Source of the DNA: a virus
Lineage: Duplodnaviria; Caudoviricetes
Reading direction: 5' to 3' (one strand)
Virus record (IMG/VR): IMGVR_UViG_3300012157_000001
Location: 32,001-96,000 of that record
Length of the DNA stretch: 64,000 nucleotides
Shown here: positions 43,784-56,799 of the stretch, piece by piece
Numbering within the stretch: the stretch's first letter is position 1
Layout: the number at the start of each line of letters is the position of its first letter
Notes under the pieces: generated by a model
What the model was told of the DNA's origin: nothing
What the model saw: the letters and a program-made list of their open reading frames with translations, nothing else
The model's database searches: none
Made by a program: the position numbers and the translations under genes

Positions 43784-44062
43784 GTGAAGCAGTACGTGCT
43801 CGTGGTCGGCGCTTGGTTGCTTCTCGGCTGCGAATCCGCTCCGCCTCCGCCTCCGCCGGCTCCGGCGGAGCCGAACCTGGCGGCGGCCATCGCAGAGCTC
43901 AATGCGGATCTCCTGGCCTGCATGCGACGAGAGAACGATCGGCTGCGCGAAGAGAAGGTCGCGCTCGACGCCAAGATCAACGCCGCGATCGAAGAGGCGG
44001 CGACTCTACAAGCCGCTGCACTAGCTAGCGCGCAGCCCAGAAAACCGAAGCGGGAGCAATGA
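43784..44062 (+). CDS. Small lipoprotein with a coiled coil
   Basis: LLLG-C lipobox and Pro-rich linker. Confidence 0.55.
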   Translation: MKQYVLVVGAWLLLGCESAPPPPPPAPAEPNLAAAIAELNADLLACMRRENDRLREEKVALDAKINAAIEEAATLQAAALASAQPRKPKREQ

Positions 44063-47000
44063 AAGGTGAGCCAGTCGCACTACCGAGTCCTTGTGCCCGT
44101 AGTCTTTTGCGACCATGACGGCTTTGCGTCCGGAGTTGCGGACGGCGAACCTTCGGCGCGATGGCCTACCGAGGTGTTTGCTAACGATTCGTGGTTCGAG
44201 ATCATTCGGGATGGTGGGCCGCCGCTCTACGGAGTTCGCATCCGGGTGAAGGAGCATGCACCGTGAGTCAGCCTGAGACGTTCATGCCCGGAGAAGAACC
44301 GGAGGTCGCACCGGGCGTGCGTGCGATGGTGTTCGATACGCCGAACGGAATCTACATTCCGGTGATAATTGCCGATCGGCCAGGCAGGGGCGACGTCGCG
44401 CGCTACCTCGACTCGCTGCCAGCAACTCGGCGCGTTGTGTTTCCGACGGTCATCAGCGCTCGGCTGCGCGCGATGCTGGAACGTCGCGGCTTTGAGTTGA
44501 CCTCCGAGTGGTCTCCAGAATTCGGGGAGCACGTGGACATCTACGAGCGACTCGGAAGCGTGCATCAGGGAGAATCCCGGTGAGGCGAGCTCGCCACCTC
44601 ACGCCGTACATCCGCCGCCGACACTCGGGCGACCGGGCAGACAGCCTTCGCACCGCGCTCCGCATGGAGGTGTTCGGTGCGCGCTGCTACGTGCTCGTGC
44701 AGCGTGGGGTTCCACGCCGTGTGCTCGAAGTCGGTCGTACGCGGCGCGACTTGGCATCTGGCCTCGCTCTGCCCCCATCGGCGCGGCACGTGCGGAAGTG
44801 GGCGCGGCGCTTCCGGAAGTTCTGCAGCAAGGGAGCTCGGCCATAAGTGGGAAAGCTCGACCCTGCGAAGCCCGAAGGCACGACTGGACGCCGTGGAGGC
44901 GCCCCCCAAATCACGATACCGGGCAAGGCCTACAAGAAGCGCGTCTACGTGCATCGCGAGACGATCGAAATCATCGAGGCCATCGAGAAACGGCAGGGCG
45001 ATAACACGTCCGCGTTCGAGGCTATGTTTCTCGTCAAAATGATCCGCTCCAAAGATCTCACGATCGCAACCCTCAGGGAGCACCTGCAGAAGCTCGGACG
45101 CGAGAAAGCCGAGCTCGCCCGACGTCGGAGGCCCGCGTGAATCTCCTGACCGACGATGAGGAAGCGCGCGAAGCCACCGTCGACGCGCTCGCCGGACGCG
45201 GCCGTAACGACCGGACGCTACGGGCAGACATCCGAGCGGCACGCGAGCGACAGCCTGAGCACCTGCGACATCGGTTCTGCCGCATCTGCGGGCCTTTCAT
45301 GATGGAGTCCTGCCCGGCGGCGCCCGCGCACGATCTTCGACCGGAGGAGCCTTGAACGCGGCCCCGCCGGCCATGTTCTACTGTGGCTGCCACGGCGACT
45401 CGGGGCATTACCTCTGGACCGAGGACGAGGCGACGTCGCACTCGTTTTGGAAGCTGCAGCCATGGGGAAACGGCATCGACGGTAACCTCCAACCGTTTGC
45501 CCGGAACGGCTTCCATGTACCGAACGGCGCCGCCCGCTTCACCCAGGCCCACGGATGGTCGGCGCTCTCGTGGTGGGATAACAGCATCGACACCCGACAC
45601 GGAAGCCACTCAACATTCGTTGTGGAAGGCGAATACCCGGCCGAGGTGGTACTCGCGATGGCGCGCGCGCGGTTTCCGTGGGTGTTCGCCCGATTCAAGT
45701 ACGAGATCGTTCTCGGTGGAGGTGATAAGTGACGAAGCAGCAAGCCCTATCGGTGAGGTCGCTCTCAGGTTTGGACCGACTGGACGCGCGCCTGGAAGCG
45801 ATCATCGTCTCCGACGAGAGCTTTCTCTACTACGCTCGGCAGTGGCGGCTGCTTCGACACCACCGCGCGCAGCTGCGCGACATGGCTAGCCGGTATCCGG
45901 TGATCATCGACTTTCGCGATGTGCGTGTCGTGCTGGAGAGCCCAGAGGAGGTCGACCGTCTCACGGCGAACATTCGAGCAAAGCTCAAAGAGCGATGGAC
46001 TTCGTAGGGGATGAAGACGCCACGCGGTCTGCTCTGCAGGTCGCGCTCCGAGAGCACGACTGGGAGACCCGGGCCGCCGGGGTGCCTCGGGATGCGCTCC
46101 CGTCGGCGAACGTCGCTCGCATGTTCGTGACCGAGCTCCGTGCTCGTGGCTGGAAGCTCACGAAGGACGACGTCTGCGTGGTGTGCGGTACCGTCCTGAT
46201 TCCGGACGATACGGAACCGCACTGCGAAGGGTGTGACGTCGACGGCCCCAGGTACACCGACCCGCCGGAGACATGATGCATGAGCCTCCTCAACGCATTT
46301 CCCCGTCCGCTGCTCGAAGCGCTCGCCGCGCACGAAACGCTCCGCAAGCTCGGCTTCACGCCGGACCAAATCTTCATTCATCAGAACCCACCACCGCTGC
46401 TCGACATCGCCGTGGTGCTCCGGCACCAGGGCAAGCAGTTCGCGGTCACGGTCGGCCAGTACGCCGCCGAGGACTGGCTGGACAAGTGGAAGGAGCTCGT
46501 CGGGCTCTTTAATTCACGTCAGCTTCCAGAGGACGAGTTCCAGACGTTCTACGAGAGCTCGCTCACCGGCGCGAACCACGTCTCGCTGCTGCTCGCGCTC
46601 GACCGGAAAGGCATCACGCCTCCGGGCGGATCGAACTGAGAAAGGATCGCTGCCCAATGTCCGACGACGTAGTCCGCAGAGCATTGGTTCGAGCCGTTGT
46701 CGATTGGAGGGCCGCCGCCCAGCACGGTCACCCCTACGACGCGGAACGCCCGATACCCGACTTCTTCACTCTGGAGGCTTTGGCAAAGTACGCGGGCGCG
46801 CTCGCGAAGGATATTGCCGAAACACGCGGCGACGTGCGGCCGATTCGCGATGGGCTCTGGGAGCTTCTGCCGGAGCAACAGCCGATCCCCATGCGGCTCT
46901 TTTGCGAGCACTGCCACGCGCAGCACGTCGACAAGGGGCGCTTCGCGACGCACATGCACCACACGCATACGTGCCAAATCTGCGGCCTGACGTGGCGCCC

Positions 47001-48402
47001 GGCGAAGGTGTTCACGGTCGGCGTGCAGTTCATCCCGGGATTCAAAGACACGGAGGCATAGATGGCTGAGAAAGCACCGATTCATTTCACCTGTCCCTGC
47101 TGCGAGGCACAACACACCCGCGGCTACTTCGACGGCGTGGCCCTGTTCCGCTGCCTGCGCTGCGGATATCAGGGTTACGGGTTCCACCCCGACCCGGTCA
47201 TCGACAAGGGCGTCTACGAAGAGCACAAGGCGGCGAATGAGTGGAACGTGGCGCATGGACTCCAGGCTCACGACCCGTTCAGCAGGCCCGGGCTCGGTGT
47301 CGGGACCGAGAGCGCCGGATGAGCACGAGCGAAGCTCACGGCGTGCTACCAGCCGCTCTGCGGATGTGGTTCGACGCACCGAATCTCCTAGCGAGCTACG
47401 AGCGCCACGGCATCGTGATCGTCACGGTCGGTTTGCGCATAGAGGCTGCCGCTGCTGCCGCTGCGAAGCTTGCCCAGATGATCGCAGACCACAGAGCGGC
47501 CGGAGCTGGCGATCCGGAACGCCTCGACACGCTGGATGAGCTCGTCGTCATGATGCGCGACGTGTTGAGGAACAAGGACGGGCAGATCTTACCCCTCGAC
47601 GTTAACGACGCTTCGCCACTCGACGCGCTGTTCGGAGCGACCTCGTGAAGTGGTTCGGTAAATCCTGGGGCGCTCCAGTCTGCACGCCGGAGGACAGGGC
47701 ACCGTTGCCCGACGCGCCGTGCGTCTGCTGCGAGACCCGGTTCAAAGCGGATGACCAGGGCGTCATCCTGCCGTTCGTGGGAGGCCCGGACGATCCACCG
47801 GAACTGCCGTACCACCTTGCGTGCTTCCGAGATGCGCTCGGGCTCGCGCCAAAGGATGAATCATGAGCCTGCGCGACGACGTGCGCTGGGTCCGCGAGGC
47901 TGCGGACGGCCTGCTCGTCGGGTGGCTGCCAGGGCGGCTGCCGAAATGGAGCACTAGCGAGGGCGAGCAGCTCGGCTGGCTCGTGCTGCTCCTCTGGAGG
48001 AAGTTCTACGACGCGAGCATGGCGCGTACGGTGCTCGAAGCAGAGGTGCAGACCCTGAAGGGCGACGTCGACGGCCTTCGCGCCACGAACGAGCGGCTGA
48101 CGGACCTACTCGACCAGCCCGAACGGGAGGAAGTTGTAGAGGCGCTCGCGGTAACAGGGAGACAGATCGGAAACTACTGGGTCCAGGAGTTTGATGGTGA
48201 CCCGATGGAAATTGCGCTGTGGGATGGCACTGTGTGGTTAACCTGTGGCTCCGCAGTCGGCAGCGCGGAGGTCCACAGGGTTCTTTCAAATCGGATACCC
48301 GAGCCCTAAGGCGCAACCCTGATCGCAACAGTTACTGGGAGGTCGTACAGCCGCGGTGGAACCCAGGAGGCGTAGCTGGCTGTAGCGGCAGCAGTGGCGT
48401 CA

Positions 48403-48418
48403 TGGCATGCTGCGTGCA
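48403..48418 (+). promoter_or_regulatory. Sigma54 promoter
   Basis: TGGCATG-CTGC-GTGCA; 48401-48418 matches 28121-28138 at 17 of 18 positions. Confidence 0.65.
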
Positions 48419-48632
48419 TTGGTTAGCAGTCCAATGACCCGCCGAGCCGATGCCTACGAGATCACAGTGACGAACGACGAGACGGCCGGACTGCTTCGTC
48501 GCCTTGATGCCCTCGGACTAGGTGACGGCCTGGTTGTTCGAAGCGCGGCTCGCAGGATGAGCCTCACGTACGACACTCTGGTCAAGCTGCTCGACGCGGC
48601 GGACTGCAAAGCAACCAAGGAGCTCCCCACCA

Positions 48633-49094
48633 ATGTCCCACTACGATGACCACAGAGTCCGTGCTGCGCGCGAGCGCGAGAACCGCGCCTTCGATCAGAA
48701 GGCCATGACCCTCTCGTTCGAGGTCTCGAACCCCAAGTTCGAGATGACGGATGACGACAACGAACCGGAGTTCGTCACGCTCGTCCTGCCGGCGAGGTAC
48801 GAGGTGTGCGACACGTGCGAAGGCAAGGGATCCCACGTCAACCCGTCGATCGATGCCCACGGCATCTCGGGCGAGGAGTTCGCCGAGGATCCGGACTTCG
48901 AGGAAAGCTACCTGTCCGGTCGCTACGACGTAACGTGTTACGGCTGCGGCGGGATGCGCGTCGTGCCAGTTGTCGATGAGGACCGCGCCTCGAAGGCTGA
49001 CTTTGTGCTCTACGAAGAGCACGCCGACGAGTGCGCGGCCTACGATGCGGAAGAGGCTTCAGAGGCTCGCTACTTCGCAGCGTTCGACCGCTGA
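48633..49094 (+). CDS. Acidic Zn-finger phage protein (CxxCxGxG-type)
   Basis: CDTCEGKG...HVNPSID...CYGCGG. Confidence 0.65.
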   Translation: MSHYDDHRVRAARERENRAFDQKAMTLSFEVSNPKFEMTDDDNEPEFVTLVLPARYEVCDTCEGKGSHVNPSIDAHGISGEEFAEDPDFEESYLSGRYDVTCYGCGGMRVVPVVDEDRASKADFVLYEEHADECAAYDAEEASEARYFAAFDR

Positions 49095-49537
49095 GGGCGC
49101 TGAATGACCGCTCGCACCCTCCGCACTACCGACCCGAAGCGGGCCGTTGACGGACTTCGCGGCGGCCGGCGCGTACGGCTCGACGTGCCACCCGCGCAGG
49201 TCGATGCAATTCGCGCCATCTTCGCCGCGCACTATCCGCCTGCCGTTATCGCGCGGCTCGACGTTCGGGGATCCGAGGTCGCGGAGCGCGCCGGATGCCT
49301 CGCCCTACGCACCACGCGCCAAGGCGTCCGCGTCGGCCTCTATCGGTCGCTAGAAGCTGGCCTGGAGTCGGATCCGAGCGTCCCGTACACGACGGTCTGC
49401 GAGACGCACGGAACGCTGGTGTGTCACGAGACTCGGCGCGCTGCTGAGCAGTCGCTCTCGCATCCGGAGTCGTGGTGCGATCAATGCCGGGGAGAACCAC
49501 CGGAGGAGTGCGTAGGTTCAACCGGAGGCTGACGACC

Positions 49538-49846
49538 ATGACGACGAGTGCCACGACCACCAAGATTCGATACCGTGTGCTCTACCGCGAGTCCGGGCGC
49601 GATATTTCGGTCGCCGCCCCGGCTGTTGTGAGCCGCGCGAGGTACCGAGACATCGGCCTCGTGGAGGCTGATGATCTGGAGGGCCTGTTTCGGGAGATGA
49701 ACGCCGTAGACGGAACAGAGACGTGCCGCAAACTGCGTGTGCGCAGCATGTCCGTTGGCGACGTTGCGATCGACACCCGCGTGGGCCAAGGCGTGGCGTA
49801 CTACTGCGCGAGCTACGGCTGGCGCCGCGTGGGGTTTGTGCCGTGA
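49538..49846 (+). CDS. YodL-like protein
   Basis: LEGLFREMN...RSMSVGDV...YYC...GW. Confidence 0.55.
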   Translation: MTTSATTTKIRYRVLYRESGRDISVAAPAVVSRARYRDIGLVEADDLEGLFREMNAVDGTETCRKLRVRSMSVGDVAIDTRVGQGVAYYCASYGWRRVGFVP

Positions 49847-51117
49847 GCGACGCTTACTCGACGGACAATTTGCTCATCGACGCAGCGGCACGTACGGAAG
49901 AAGCCATTGCGTACTGCCGCAAGGCGCTCCAACAGATTGACGACACGCCCACGCGGCTGGCGCTCGGACAGGCTATCCTGCGCATACAGGACGGGCGCCA
50001 CGAGATCCGGAGCGCACGCGAAATGCTGAGCGAGCTCGACAAGGGATGAATGAGCGACGAGGAGGCAAACGCCGAAGAGGCACCCGAAGCGCCGCGGCGG
50101 CTCACGTGGCTCTGCCCGATCTGCCGCCAGCGGCTGTGGCTCCGCACCGCCAGCGAGGACGAGGCGATATTTCACGAGCGCTGCGAAGCGCACCGGCGCG
50201 CCAAGCGCGTCTGTAACGCACGAGTGCTGATGAAACAGCTGAAGTCCAACGGGTTCGTCCCGCTCCGGCGCGCCTCACTGAACGACTTCACCACCGAATA
50301 TCTCGGCTTGAACGATGCCGGGCTCGTCCAGTGGCATCCCACGCACATCATTGGCGACTCCTATGTTCGCTCCACTCCGTGGGGACCTGTTTGGGCAGCC
50401 GACTACGACCAGTACCTACGACGGAAGCGGAAGCTGTCGCTCCAGCGACGGGTGGTTGAGCTCCGAGAAGCGGCGGCGAGTCCCGAGTCGATCGACAGTC
50501 TCAGGGCCTTCCTCGCGTTTGCGCAAACGGACGAGGTTGACCTCGGCGGTGAGCCATGACAGCATTGGCAGCAATGAATCTGTGCCTGAGCAACCACGAG
50601 GCGCATCTCGTCCGCGACGCCCTGGCGTTCGCGGTGCGAAACAGTTTCGGATCTGCCGGACAGCGGCGTGCGCTGGTGGCCATTGCCGAACACCGAATAC
50701 TTCACGAGTTGCTCCATCCGAAGAACCGGCGCGCGAAGCGCCCGATGAGCCCGTGGCGTGTGTCCACGTGGCGGCAGGAGATGTACGAGACCAAGAGCAC
50801 GTTTCTGCCGGCGCCCAGCCTCAAGGCCGTGCTCTGCCTCGTTCGCATCCTGTGCGGTCCGGGAAACTGGACGGCAAAACTGGTGACGTCCACATGACCG
50901 ACGTGGACCCGGACACCACGGGCGCGGATGTGACCGCGCTGCGCGCGGCTATCGAAAAAGCGGACCGGCTCATCGAGAAAAACCGGGAAGCAGGCACCCT
51001 GCTGGTAGACCTGAAGCGATCTCTCGTCCTGCGCCTGTTGCACACGCAGTACCCGAGCCTGAGCATCACCGACGAAGCAAAACTCCTCAAAGGATACGGA
51101 GTGCAGCTGCCGAAAAC

Positions 51118-52023
51118 ATGACCTCCCGAACCTCAACAGCTACCATCCCGAAGATGGAGACCAGCACGCGCTACATCGGGTTCTGTCCGGTCTGTCAGCG
51201 GCAGATCAAGGTTCAGAGCGGCCTCCTGGTGCACCACGGCTACAAGCGCCCAGGGATCGGCGTGATTGTGGGCGACTGCTTCGGCGTGAACATGCCGCCG
51301 CACGAGCTTTCGTCGGAGACCGCGCAGGCGTACTTGGAACAGGCGGTCGTGCCACGAATCGTTGCAGTGGAAAGGATGCTCGTGCACCTGGGACCACCCG
51401 GTGAGCCGGAGTGGCTGCAGTTCGAGGAGTTCAACCGCGAGACCCGGCAATACGAGCCGGTGAAGCGGTCCCGCTCGGAGGTGTCCGAGTACGACTGGGA
51501 GCGACGGCTCAGATCCGTCCGTATCCAAACGCGAAACGAGCTGGAGTACTGGCAGGGCGAGGAGAAGCGTCTGGAGAACCTCGTGGCGACCTGGCAGCTG
51601 CAGCCGCTCATGACGGCAGAGGAGGAAATCGCGAGGGCCACAGAGACGCGAACCGAACGCACGCGCCGGAGAGAGGCCGATCGCGAGCAGCGTGTGGCCG
51701 AGGCCCTGGTGAGCCTCCAGCAGCGGATCGACAGCGCCGTACGGAACAAACGGCCCGCTACGATCGAGGACTTGTTCCGTGAAGGTTACCGCAAGCTCAT
51801 CGAGCTCAGCGGCAACCGGCTCGAACGCGATGACGTTCTCCGTCTCTTGGAGCGCGACCACGTGTGGCGGGCCTTCGGCCTCATCCGCCCCGATGGCTCG
51901 TACCTTTTAGAGTGGCAGGAAGTCACGAAGGCATTCGAGCCCTGGAGCCCGTGGGACCGCGGACGCGCTCCGGCGCCCTTTCCTGCTGAACTCGGCGGGG
52001 GCAAGGCCAAGCTCCGGCGGTGA
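51118..52023 (+). CDS. Hypothetical phage protein with an N-terminal Zn-binding domain
   Basis: GFCPVC...HHGY.RPG.G...GDCFG. Confidence 0.7.
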   Translation: MTSRTSTATIPKMETSTRYIGFCPVCQRQIKVQSGLLVHHGYKRPGIGVIVGDCFGVNMPPHELSSETAQAYLEQAVVPRIVAVERMLVHLGPPGEPEWLQFEEFNRETRQYEPVKRSRSEVSEYDWERRLRSVRIQTRNELEYWQGEEKRLENLVATWQLQPLMTAEEEIARATETRTERTRRREADREQRVAEALVSLQQRIDSAVRNKRPATIEDLFREGYRKLIELSGNRLERDDVLRLLERDHVWRAFGLIRPDGSYLLEWQEVTKAFEPWSPWDRGRAPAPFPAELGGGKAKLRR

Positions 52024-53027
52024 CCCTTGCAGGGGAAGCGGGACGTGATAGAACCGACTGCATCGGCAGCAAGATGGCGAAGAAAAAGAAGCAAGAGCAG
52101 GCGGAGCCGAGCTGCCAGCTCGTCATCCGCGAACGACTGAAGGCACTCGACGATGCGGCCGACTCTGCCGTAGAGTCGGTTGCAGATCACGTCGGAATCA
52201 GCAACGCCGTGAGCACGGTTGCTACTGGGCTTTTCATGTCGGCGGCCAGTATGGCCTGGCACGTAACAGAGCTCACCGAGGAGGAATTCGTGGAGACCGC
52301 TCGCCGATGCTACCAGCGGATCGCCGAGACCCATGCTCACTGCGAGCGAGGTGGGGGCACGGAAGGCTCTGTTCCTCACCATCACGCGCGCGAGAACCTG
52401 AACTGAGCTCCGCACATGAGCTCGCGTAAACGCACGCTGACCAAAGACGACTGGCACAAGGTGTTCGGGCTCCGCTGCCGATCGAAGCGCGGGCAGCGGC
52501 TCTCGGAGGACGAGCAGGCCTTGGTGGACGCAGCGTACCGCCAGGACGTCGACAGGTACGCCGCAATGGAACCAGACGTCTTCGACGCGACCGTGCCGTT
52601 TGGGTCGCAGGCTCGGGCTCGGAGAGTAAAGCGTGGCGGATGACGGAGACCTTCAGCACTGGAGAGACGAAGCGGCGCGGCTTCGCGACGAGCTCCGCCG
52701 GCTTCAGAAGGCGCATGCGATCCTTGCGCACCGGGAGTGGTTCGCTGTCGGGCCCGACGACGGAAGCGCCCTGCGCGATCCCGAAGGGCGCTTCACGCTC
52801 TTCTTCTGTGACAGAAGCGGTACATTCCCGTGCTGCACGCTCGGTCCAAAGGACGTGCTGCTCGTCGGCCGCTACACCGGCGAGCCGGAGCGCGAAGCCG
52901 CGGTCGTCGCGCTCGCGGGAGAGACTTGAACCATGTGGAACGGCCTAGACCCCTGGGATCTCTACTCGCTCTTCGCGTGCGCGATCGTCGGGTTCGTCGT
53001 GTTGGCGAGGTGCCTCTACGAGCTTCG

Positions 53028-54536
53028 ATGACTGTTGCCGCGCTGCGCGTCGAACTGGAGCGCGAGGACGTGATGTGGGGCCTCACGATGATGCGCAGAG
53101 CGGAGGCCTGGGAACGATGGGAAACCGCTGAGGCATTGGTGCGCAGGCATCTACCAACGGGCGTGTACGTGCGCATGCCGCTTACGCTGATGCCGGACTG
53201 GTACCGTAATCTCTGGTGGGACCGAACACAGGTCGACGGTCGCGCCGCCCTGAACGACATCGACCAGCGAACTGTGGAGCTGAGAGGCGTGGGACCCGGA
53301 GGCACCGAGACGCTCTACCGTGTGGCCACCGTCGACTTCCTGGACGCAGTGCTAGCAGGCATCATCGGGGACGCCTCATGACGCTCGCCGAGATTCGAGA
53401 GATTCTTCTTCGCGAGCTCGCCGTTTCTGCGCTATCCGGTCGCGAGAACAATTACTTCAACTTCGAACGCGGCGGACCGCGATTCACTCTACTTCGGAGG
53501 GTCGGAAAGCCGCTCGTGCTTCGTCACGTGCGCCGCGGGCAGCGCATTCGTTGGTACGAGAAGATCTACAGCGACGAGCCCCTCATCGTGGAGCGCGTCG
53601 AGACGGAACAGGTGATGTTCGAGAGCCCACGCCTCGTGATTCGGATGTCGCACTTCCTCAACGCCATCGCGAAAGGTGCGGCTCTGGACGCATGAGCATC
53701 GCGACCCTGAAAGAGGATCTCATGCGTGAGCTCGCCGTTGCGGCGCTGGCCGAACCGCCCGCGGGTTTCCTGCCGATCGGTGGCAGCACGGACCTGATTG
53801 ACTGGGAGAGTGGACCGACCTCTCCGCTACGCCGAGAAGCGTTGTTCCGCGCCCGGGGCCCAGCGCTGATCGTCGCTCACGTCCACGCCGGCTCGCGTAT
53901 CTGGCTCGCCACGGGTACTTTCCCGCAGAACGGTATCGTATCGATCGTGGAGACCAACGTGGTCCATTGGACCAACGATCACGTCGGCGTCTCTCGGCTC
54001 TGCGTTCGCAGGGACCCTGCGCGTCCACCACGGCGCTTCGAAACGGAGCACATGCCGCTCTTCCCGGAGCCGAGCCACATCGCCGCCTTTCTCTCGAACG
54101 TACTCCACGGCCATGTGCAGGACGCATGAAGCTCGGCGAGCTCATCAAAGCCGCGGAGCGGCGCTTGAAACGGGTCGAGCGCACGCTCGCGTTCGACCTG
54201 CTTCGCGGTGATGACTGGGGAGCGGACAAGCGTCGATACCGCGCGTACGAGAAGGTTTCGGTTGGCGAGTACATCGCCACTGGCGATGAGGTCGAGTTCC
54301 ACCGCTCGCTCCTGCCAAAGGATAGCCCTTGGTACGGTGCCACGGCGCCCAGCCAAGCGTTCCACTGGAATGACTGGACGCGGCTGACGGTCGATCGCAT
54401 CGGCCCGGACTGCGTGCGCGTCCTGCTACCCGGACGTGGTAGCCACCCGATGCCCGTCGGCGACTTTGTGCGCGCCGTCGTGCGAGGCCACATACGCGAG
54501 CCTGTTTCCGCTGGGTCGGAAAATGCGCCTACTTGA
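53028..54536 (+). CDS. Four tandem family-B paralogs (53028-53381, 53378-53695, 53692-54129, 54126-54536)
   Basis: ATGA-coupled; N-terminal RE.A..AL motif (weaker in copies 1 and 4) and C-terminal F...V..G.I.D/E. Confidence 0.65.
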
Positions 54537-54605
54537 GGGAATGTTGCTGTCACTGCTGTCGTAGGCTACTCTGGCGGCATACACGCCGTAAAACAAGGAG
54601 ACCCG

Positions 54606-55352
54606 ATGACCAACGTAGTGATTTCCACCGAACGCGCGCGAGGCTGCGGTTACCGCAAACCTGCAAAGGACGGGGTGGGCATCTACCTCGTCGGCGATGG
54701 GCTCGGCGAACCTTGCGGGCTCTTGCCGTACCCCCTGGAGGTGTGCCCGTGCTGCGGCGGCGGCATCAAGGCGACCCGAGGCTGGACGTGGGTCACGCCG
54801 CAACTTCTCTTCGGCAAGGGGGACGTCCTGAGCAAGATCGCTGGCGTCGAACGCGAGTGCGAGAAGGCGCGACATCTCAAAACCGTTAGCGCCACACGCA
54901 GGATCTATGACGAGCTCGCAGCGAACGGTGCGTGCGCCAGGTGCCCGATCGGCAATCCGCCGGCCGGGCTGCACGGCCTGCTCTGGATCGGCGAAGCGTT
55001 CTATGCGACACCGGACGACTTTTCGCGCGAGGCGCAGGCGCAGGGCGTCTCTCGGAAGATCAAGGCGGTCCCGAAGGGCTTCAAGCTCGGCGAGACGTGG
55101 GTCATGCTCGCGCATCGCAAGGCCGTGCGGAACCCGGAAACGGGCGCACGAGAGCTGCCCGGAATCTTCACGATGTTCAAGCCGCGCGGGATCGATCTCG
55201 TGATCAAAGACGACGACGACGTCCCGGAAAAGGCGACGAAGCTCGCCGAACAGATCGGCGACGGCGCTCGGATCGTGAAGGTCGTTCGCGACGTCGACGC
55301 CCAGCTAGACATGGCCAAGGCGCCCGAGGCGCCGCAACCGGAAGCGCACTGA
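54606..55352 (+). CDS. Cys-rich hypothetical phage protein
   Basis: RGCGYRK, CPCCG and LLWIG..FY; AAGGAG RBS; TTGCTG-17-TACTCT promoter at 54544. Confidence 0.75.
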   Translation: MTNVVISTERARGCGYRKPAKDGVGIYLVGDGLGEPCGLLPYPLEVCPCCGGGIKATRGWTWVTPQLLFGKGDVLSKIAGVERECEKARHLKTVSATRRIYDELAANGACARCPIGNPPAGLHGLLWIGEAFYATPDDFSREAQAQGVSRKIKAVPKGFKLGETWVMLAHRKAVRNPETGARELPGIFTMFKPRGIDLVIKDDDDVPEKATKLAEQIGDGARIVKVVRDVDAQLDMAKAPEAPQPEAH

Positions 55353-55355
55353 GCC

Positions 55356-55679
55356 GTGAGCGGCTCGGTGCTGATCGTGGGGGGCGACCGAGCCCCCCAC
55401 GGGATCGATGCGCTCGCCGCTCGCTTCGGTCTACCCGTCGAATGGGTCGAGGGCACAACCCGCAAGGTCGAGCAGGCGGAGCGCCGCGTACGATCCGGCT
55501 CGGTCGCCGCGCTCGTGGTCCTGGACGGTTATCTCTCCCACCGGACGTTCGGCACCCTGCTGGCTGCCAGCCGGGCTACCGGTACCCCGTTCGCCTACGC
55601 CGGCCGTGGCGGCAAGGCAGCCGTGGCGGCCGCCGGAGAGGCGCTGGCCGCCCCTTTGGCGGCGCGGAGGGTGGCCTGA
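55356..55679 (+). CDS. DUF2325-like protein
   Basis: VLIVGG...VVLDGYLSH....A.....P. Confidence 0.6.
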   Translation: MSGSVLIVGGDRAPHGIDALAARFGLPVEWVEGTTRKVEQAERRVRSGSVAALVVLDGYLSHRTFGTLLAASRATGTPFAYAGRGGKAAVAAAGEALAAPLAARRVA

Positions 55680-56799
55680 CCCGCTCGGGCGTACCGCGTA
55701 CGCCGCGCACCCAGCGGGCCGCCGCGGCGGCGGCGCCCACCGGCGGCGAGGTGCTCGTCCTGGCCGCTCCCAGGCTCGGGCGGGCGCCATGGCCGCCCAC
55801 CTACCTGGCGCGGGTTCACGACCTTCGGGGGCAGCTCAACGACCTCGGGAGCCTGCTGCGGCCGCTCCAGGACGCCCACCGGGCGTTCAAGGCGCTCGGC
55901 GGGGAGGAGCCGACCGAGGGCGTCACCGAGCGCTGGACGCTGCCGGCTGGGGCCTCGCTGATCGTCGAAGCCGGATTTCGCTTGACTACCGAAGTAGGCG
56001 ACATCGGCCGTGGCGTGATTCCGCCTCCTGACCCGGTAGTGTGCCTCGCGTCGGCGCTGCACACCGCGGAGCTCTGGGCCGAGGCCATGACCACCTTTGC
56101 GCAGGCCGCCCGCTGGGCGATCGAGCAGGCTGAGCAGTGGCACGTAAGCGTTCCCGGATTCGACTGAATCGACCTTGTGACACAATGGAGAGACCGTGAC
56201 GAAGAAGAACACAAAGACGGATCGCGTGAGCCTCGGACCGGTGATCGGCCCGAATGCACGGCTCGCCATGCGCGAGACGGATGGGAACATCGAGCCGATC
56301 GTTGTGCGCCGCGTGCTCGACGGCGAGCCGCTACACGACGGTACTGAGATCTCTGCTGTCGAGAACCCCAACTGCAGCTGCGGTCACTGGCAGGACTTGA
56401 AGCCGGTGTACAAGCGCGAAGGGCGCGCGACCGAGAGCGGCCCGGCTCAGGTCGCGACCCCCGAGTACAGAGCTGGCTACGACCGCATCTTCGGGAAGCG
56501 CCCGACGGTGGGGCTCGCGTGAGCCTACTGAACCTGGACTTTCTCGTTGGTTGCCTGTGCGGCTCTTTCGTCATCCCCGCACTAGTCCGCCGGATGTCGA
56601 CGGGGCGATGGGACGGCTGGATCGAAGCGCGCCGGCAGAAACCAGCGCTCGGCTCTACTGTGCTCGCGTGCCTTCCGTGGACGAGCGTTCACGCGGTGAC
56701 GTACAACGGGCCCGACGGCGGCGGAGAAATTCCCGAGGATGCACCAGCTCTGCTGGCGTCCAATGCCACAGCGCCCTCACTTCCGGGTACGCTAGGAGC

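Noticed and set aside
54932-56167. 411-aa ORF in the track
   Set aside because: The first ~270 codons are an off-frame shadow of 54606-55352 and 55356-55679; only the 3' part (from ~55750) looks protein-like.
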